NCBI GenBank assembly: GCA_977862235.1
Contig: OZ374558.1
Coordinates: forward strand, 2,356,001-2,420,000
Reading direction: 5' to 3'
DNA length: 64,000 bases
Source of the DNA: Dudresnaya verticillata
Taxonomy: Eukaryota
The notes under the pieces were generated by a model that saw only the letters and a program-made list of their open reading frames with translations, ran no database searches and was not told the DNA's origin. The translations under genes and the position numbers were made by a program. Below, in pieces: positions 59,978-64,000 of this stretch. Each line of letters starts with the position of its first letter. The stretch's first letter is position 1.

Positions 59978-62007
59978 CGCGGGCCCTTATGCAGTCTTGA
60001 GAACAATCTGTGGGAGTCCCCGGGAGCAGTTGCACTTGAATGCGGAAGTATGTACGAAACGCTTAGCTGTGATGGCCTCTCAATTCCGTCGTAGACGAGG
60101 TTGAACGAAGCTTGCTCTGCGAAACAAATATGTACCGGTGATCCCAATAAGGCACCGCCTGGTTGTGATGCGGCAGCATCAGAGATCGCGCCACCGTCAA
60201 GAGCGGGTGTCGTCGGTGGGCCGAGTTTCCCCTCTTCCACGCGAATGGATAGTCTGGCCCGTACGCATGTGACAAGTGGAATCGGCCAGCCAATGACATT
60301 GCTTCGTGCTTTACGCCCAATATCATTCTGTAATTGGCATAAAGGACCGTTGTGGGCGGAGAGTGAGAGAGGTTACTCCGCCCGGAAGCGGAGGTGAATC
60401 TGCTTCGTGTTTACGACGCATTCTCTACGTCCTTCTGCCGCTCTCGTAAGGGTAACCGTATCGCATCCTCTCAGGCTGTACTTTGCGGGCGTTTGGCCGC
60501 CCGGTCCGCTATTTCCGACAGCCTCAGGTACCTACCGCACTGTCAGTACCGCGTGCTGGTGGCAGTGAGAATACTATTTTCTTTCAGTCCAGAAACGTTT
60601 GCTACATTCCGGCTGCTCCGCTATCTACAGATGGCTGCTGATTTCGTGCCATGGCCTTCCGAAACAGCCCTTCTGTTCAACACCTTCTCGGCTATTCGGG
60701 AGAGGTAGAATAAGAAGGGGTCATTTCGCCTAGACGATGCGAATGTGCCAGCCTACCTCGGGCTTCACATGCCCTAAGTGTTGGGCAGGCGCATGTTGTA
60801 AAGCGGTGGTTGTAGTTGTAGCACCGGGGAGCGTTTTGAGATTCTGGGGAGCGCATAAATGTGCAAAAACGAGCCCTTTTTGGGTGGCAACTTCCGACAC
60901 GTGTAGTTTTCCCTTAGATCGCCTCCAGTAGGGCACTCCTCGGCGGGGGGTGTTTCTGGTTATTTGATAAGTCAACTGCCTCGTTCTTTGGAGAGGAAGG
61001 TAATGTGGCCCGTCTTTTGAGTAACCTGTAGATAACCATCACAAAACGAGAATATGGGCTTAAAACAAGCAGAAAATCAAAACAAACTTGACGTATGTTG
61101 GGTCAACGTACTCCACACTCTCAAACTGTCGAAGCGACGCTCTAGTCACCCGAACCCGCCCCAACTCGCGCGATCTGCCCCAGCTCGCACGATTGACCTA
61201 CGTCAAGCGGGAGGCGGGATGAGCGCGTGGGCACCAGCAGCGCGGCGACAACCGCGGCAGCCATGGAGTCACCGTCGTTGTGCGGGAAGCTTTTCGACAA
61301 GTGGCGTCTACGCTGCCTCGCAGACTCGAGCATGCATAAATCAGGATGCATTGAAAGCGATGCGCACGAGGTGGGCAGTATCAAGACAGAACAGGCACTA
61401 CAGACAGCTCAGTTGAGATCAAGTGGAGCGCGGTGCAATGTTGAAGCAGCTGGCCATAATCCATAAAGTGCAGGCCACACAGACCGTATGTTGGAGCAAC
61501 ACAATCAAGTAACAGCACGTGAAGAGCAGTTGTGCCATTGTAGCGGTAGTGTCTGCGAGGCACGGCAGAGCAGGAGTTCTTTCATAGCTGCTTTGCCAGG
61601 GCCGGCACATGCACAAACGGAGGGGAAGGATGGCGCTACTGCGGAAAAGTTCTCTGCGAGAGTGCGGAACCGGTACAGTACGCAAAGGGACAGAACTCTG
61701 GGATCCATGGTGCTCAGATACATAGTGCGAAGCGCTGAGGATACATCGAAGAAGCGGAAGGGATCGGTGTGGCAGTGCGCGCGAGCGATCGCGTACAAGA
61801 GGCAACGAGCTCGCCGGGACGCCCGACAATTCTGGAAAAGCCGGATGCAAGCCAGCTGCGAGTCCGGTGGTGTAAGGGGATTCTAAGTTACTACGGGATT
61901 GCTTCAGTTCTTGCACACAGTGGCACATCAACGCTTTGAGTATCTGGTACCGGCGCCGTACCGTCGTGTTCCCGTCATTGTCCCGTCATGGTACCGCCAT
62001 GGTACCT

Positions 62008-62189
62008 TCGTCTTCCCGTCGTCTTCCCGCCGTCGTCCCGTCGTCTTCCCGCCGTCGTCCCGTCGTCGTCCCGTCGTCGTCCCGTCGTCGTCCCTTCGTC
62101 TTCCCGTCGTCTTCCCGCCGTCGTCCTGTCGTCGTCCCGTCGTCGTCCCGTCGTCGTCCCGTCGTCGTCCCGTCGTCGTCCCGTCGTCG
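62008..62189. repeat. Minisatellite, 11-bp unit GTCGTCGTCCC and variants (~16 copies)
   Basis: Expanded counterpart of 850-910. Confidence 0.9.
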
Positions 62190-62584
62190 CTCCGGTAAGT
62201 TTGCACAGGAAACGGAAGGCTCTACAGCGTGTTACAAGCATTCAAGGCGCAAATGGCGGCGCAGCTGAGGGAACAGCTGACGGCGCAGCTAATGGTGCAG
62301 CTGACGGCAGAGCTGACGACGCAGCTGACGACGCCAGCAGCTGACGGCGCACCGTTAATCGGCATGTCCGACTACATTTCTACGTCCGCTGGCTGGTTGC
62401 ATCGAGCGACTGTAACAGAACCTGCACAAACGGAACTGTCATCGCTTTGCGCATCACGATCAATGCGTACAGCTCTAATTGCACGCTTCGTCGAACTGTG
62501 AAGGCCGTGTTTACCATATGTGTATAATTGTTCAACGCAGATAAACGGAAGTAGAACGGATCCGTTTCCATTTTCTACTGCTGT

Positions 62585-64000
62585 TGGCGACCTAACACGA
62601 GAAGCTTTGCTCGCAGCAACGCGTGCAACGCGAATGTGTTCATCCATGACGCTGACTGTCGCTGTGCCATGTTGCTACGGAAATGCCACCATTTTAGTCG
62701 CCGCGCACTGCGCCAGTCGTCGCCAGTCAATCGCGCCGCAATCACACTACCGTCAAAGCATAGAAAGCAGAGAAAGCATAGTACCGTTGCGAGCCGCCTG
62801 ACCAGTGCTCTTCACAGCAAGCGCTATCGCAGCCCCTTCTCGTTACCGACGCCCCCGACGCGTACGAACAATGCGCAAATCCGTTGCTGGCATGACACGT
62901 TAAGTGACAACCATATGTGAACACAGTCGCTACTGACTGTTACTGGTGCGGCGTTAATCAGTGGTGTCCACTCCACGTAGAAAACACAAATGCGCGTCGC
63001 GTCGCACCGGCTCCGAAGCCGCGATAGCTGCGTATACTCCAGCCGCCGTCTTTGATGAAGAAACGTTCATAGCAGTGCCCTGGACAGGCTCTGTTCATCG
63101 GGTGTGTGTGTGTGGCTTGACGCCATTGTTACACAACAAGGTCAAAGAGAGTTTTGCGGACGCTGAACTCAGCGTCAAGGAGATGGCGTACAAATCGATA
63201 CTACAAGGTGAGACGACGAGCCGTGATGTTGGGGATGCACAGTCGGAGCGGTGCGAGAGGCAGTGCTGGTGGCAGACAATAGGCGGACTGAAGCTGAAAT
63301 GGGATTCTGGGCGTCTCCTGAATTGGGGAGAAGGATGGGTTCGATTGGCTACCGTATTTCAGGATTGCAGAGCCAATCAACACCGGCCAACACCGTACCG
63401 GCTGTTGTGCGAGCGCTTTTTGGACGGATTTCGGGCAGATAGAATTGATCCGCCGGCGGATTCTGGGAACTGCGCTGAGGGTGATGCCACCCCGAAGAGC
63501 ATGTGTCCGCGCATGCATTACGCTCGCTGAGACCCCAGCAGCCGCTCCGCGCCGCCGCCCTGCCGGGTACGCAACGTGGATCACAAAACCAGTGGCCGCG
63601 CGCTAGTGCACGCCATGACGCAGCAGTTGGTCTAAGCGCTGCGCCGTCGATACTTCACCGGGATTGCGAGCAGACCGTTGGGACTGGTGAGGGGAGCTCC
63701 ATGGGGAGCTCCATGGCCGAGGCAAAACGTGAAGTTCCATAAAACATGTGCTGTTCGTCGTTGGCGCCATTGCAACGGGGCGCGGCAAGATACTGAAGTC
63801 GGCGGTCGGCTGGAGGGGAAGCGGCGGCCTGGCGCAGAGACTGAGAGAGATGGGCCTTTATCGGATGTGGTCAAAATACTGTCGAGACAGATCCCGAGAA
63901 CTTGCAAGCGCCCTGACGGTGGTCTGGGCGGTCCAAGCGAACGCCCTGCGAAGACTAGATTTTGAGTGCGATGAGTTGCGGAGATGTAGGACTGATTCCC
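62585..64000 (+). repeat. Direct repeat of ~55,478-56,770 (period ~7.1-7.2 kb), running off the window
   Basis: Identical ORF translations at 56274/63503, 56449/63678 and 56374/63603 (offset 7229). Confidence 0.9.

Larger units (their letters stand above)
48439..62945 (-). repeat. Right arm of large inverted segmental duplication
   Basis: Reverse complement of 65-24,882, lacking the left-arm insertions. Confidence 0.95.

Noticed and set aside
61899..62344. ORFs rich in SSRRRPVVVP / DDDGTTTGRRR
   Set aside because: Translations of the 11-bp minisatellite; length differs between arms
65..62945. Arms as terminal inverted repeats of a giant DNA transposon (Polinton- or Mutator-like)
   Set aside because: No transposase, DNA polymerase or TSD seen; arms contain host-like genes and old TE relics, and their outer ends merge into a direct repeat

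Overview
Eukaryotic, transposon-dense, apparently intron-poor DNA; a red-algal origin is plausible but only inferred. The window is organised as a large spaced palindrome. The left arm (~65-24,882) and right arm (~48,439-62,945) are reverse complements and carry paired copies of a C2H2 zinc-finger gene, a degenerate MAPK-like kinase and a degenerate CK1-like kinase, plus old non-LTR retrotransposon relics. Four TSD-flanked insertions occur only in the left arm, with empty sites in the right arm: an 18-nt micro-insertion resembling the RLE element's 3' end, a full-length two-ORF RLE (CRE-like) non-LTR element, a Ty1/copia element and a 5'-truncated LINE. Arm identity is stepwise. A ~7-kb core holding both pseudokinases is almost identical, while the flanks are more diverged. 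The ~23.5-kb spacer holds nested Ty3/gypsy chromodomain elements. A young 13.4-kb element with a large antisense extra ORF is inserted into the protease region of an older, RT-deleted relative. A ~7.2-kb-period direct duplication at the outer end of the right arm runs off the window. No rRNA, tRNA or CRISPR arrays were recognised. All identity figures are by-eye estimates.
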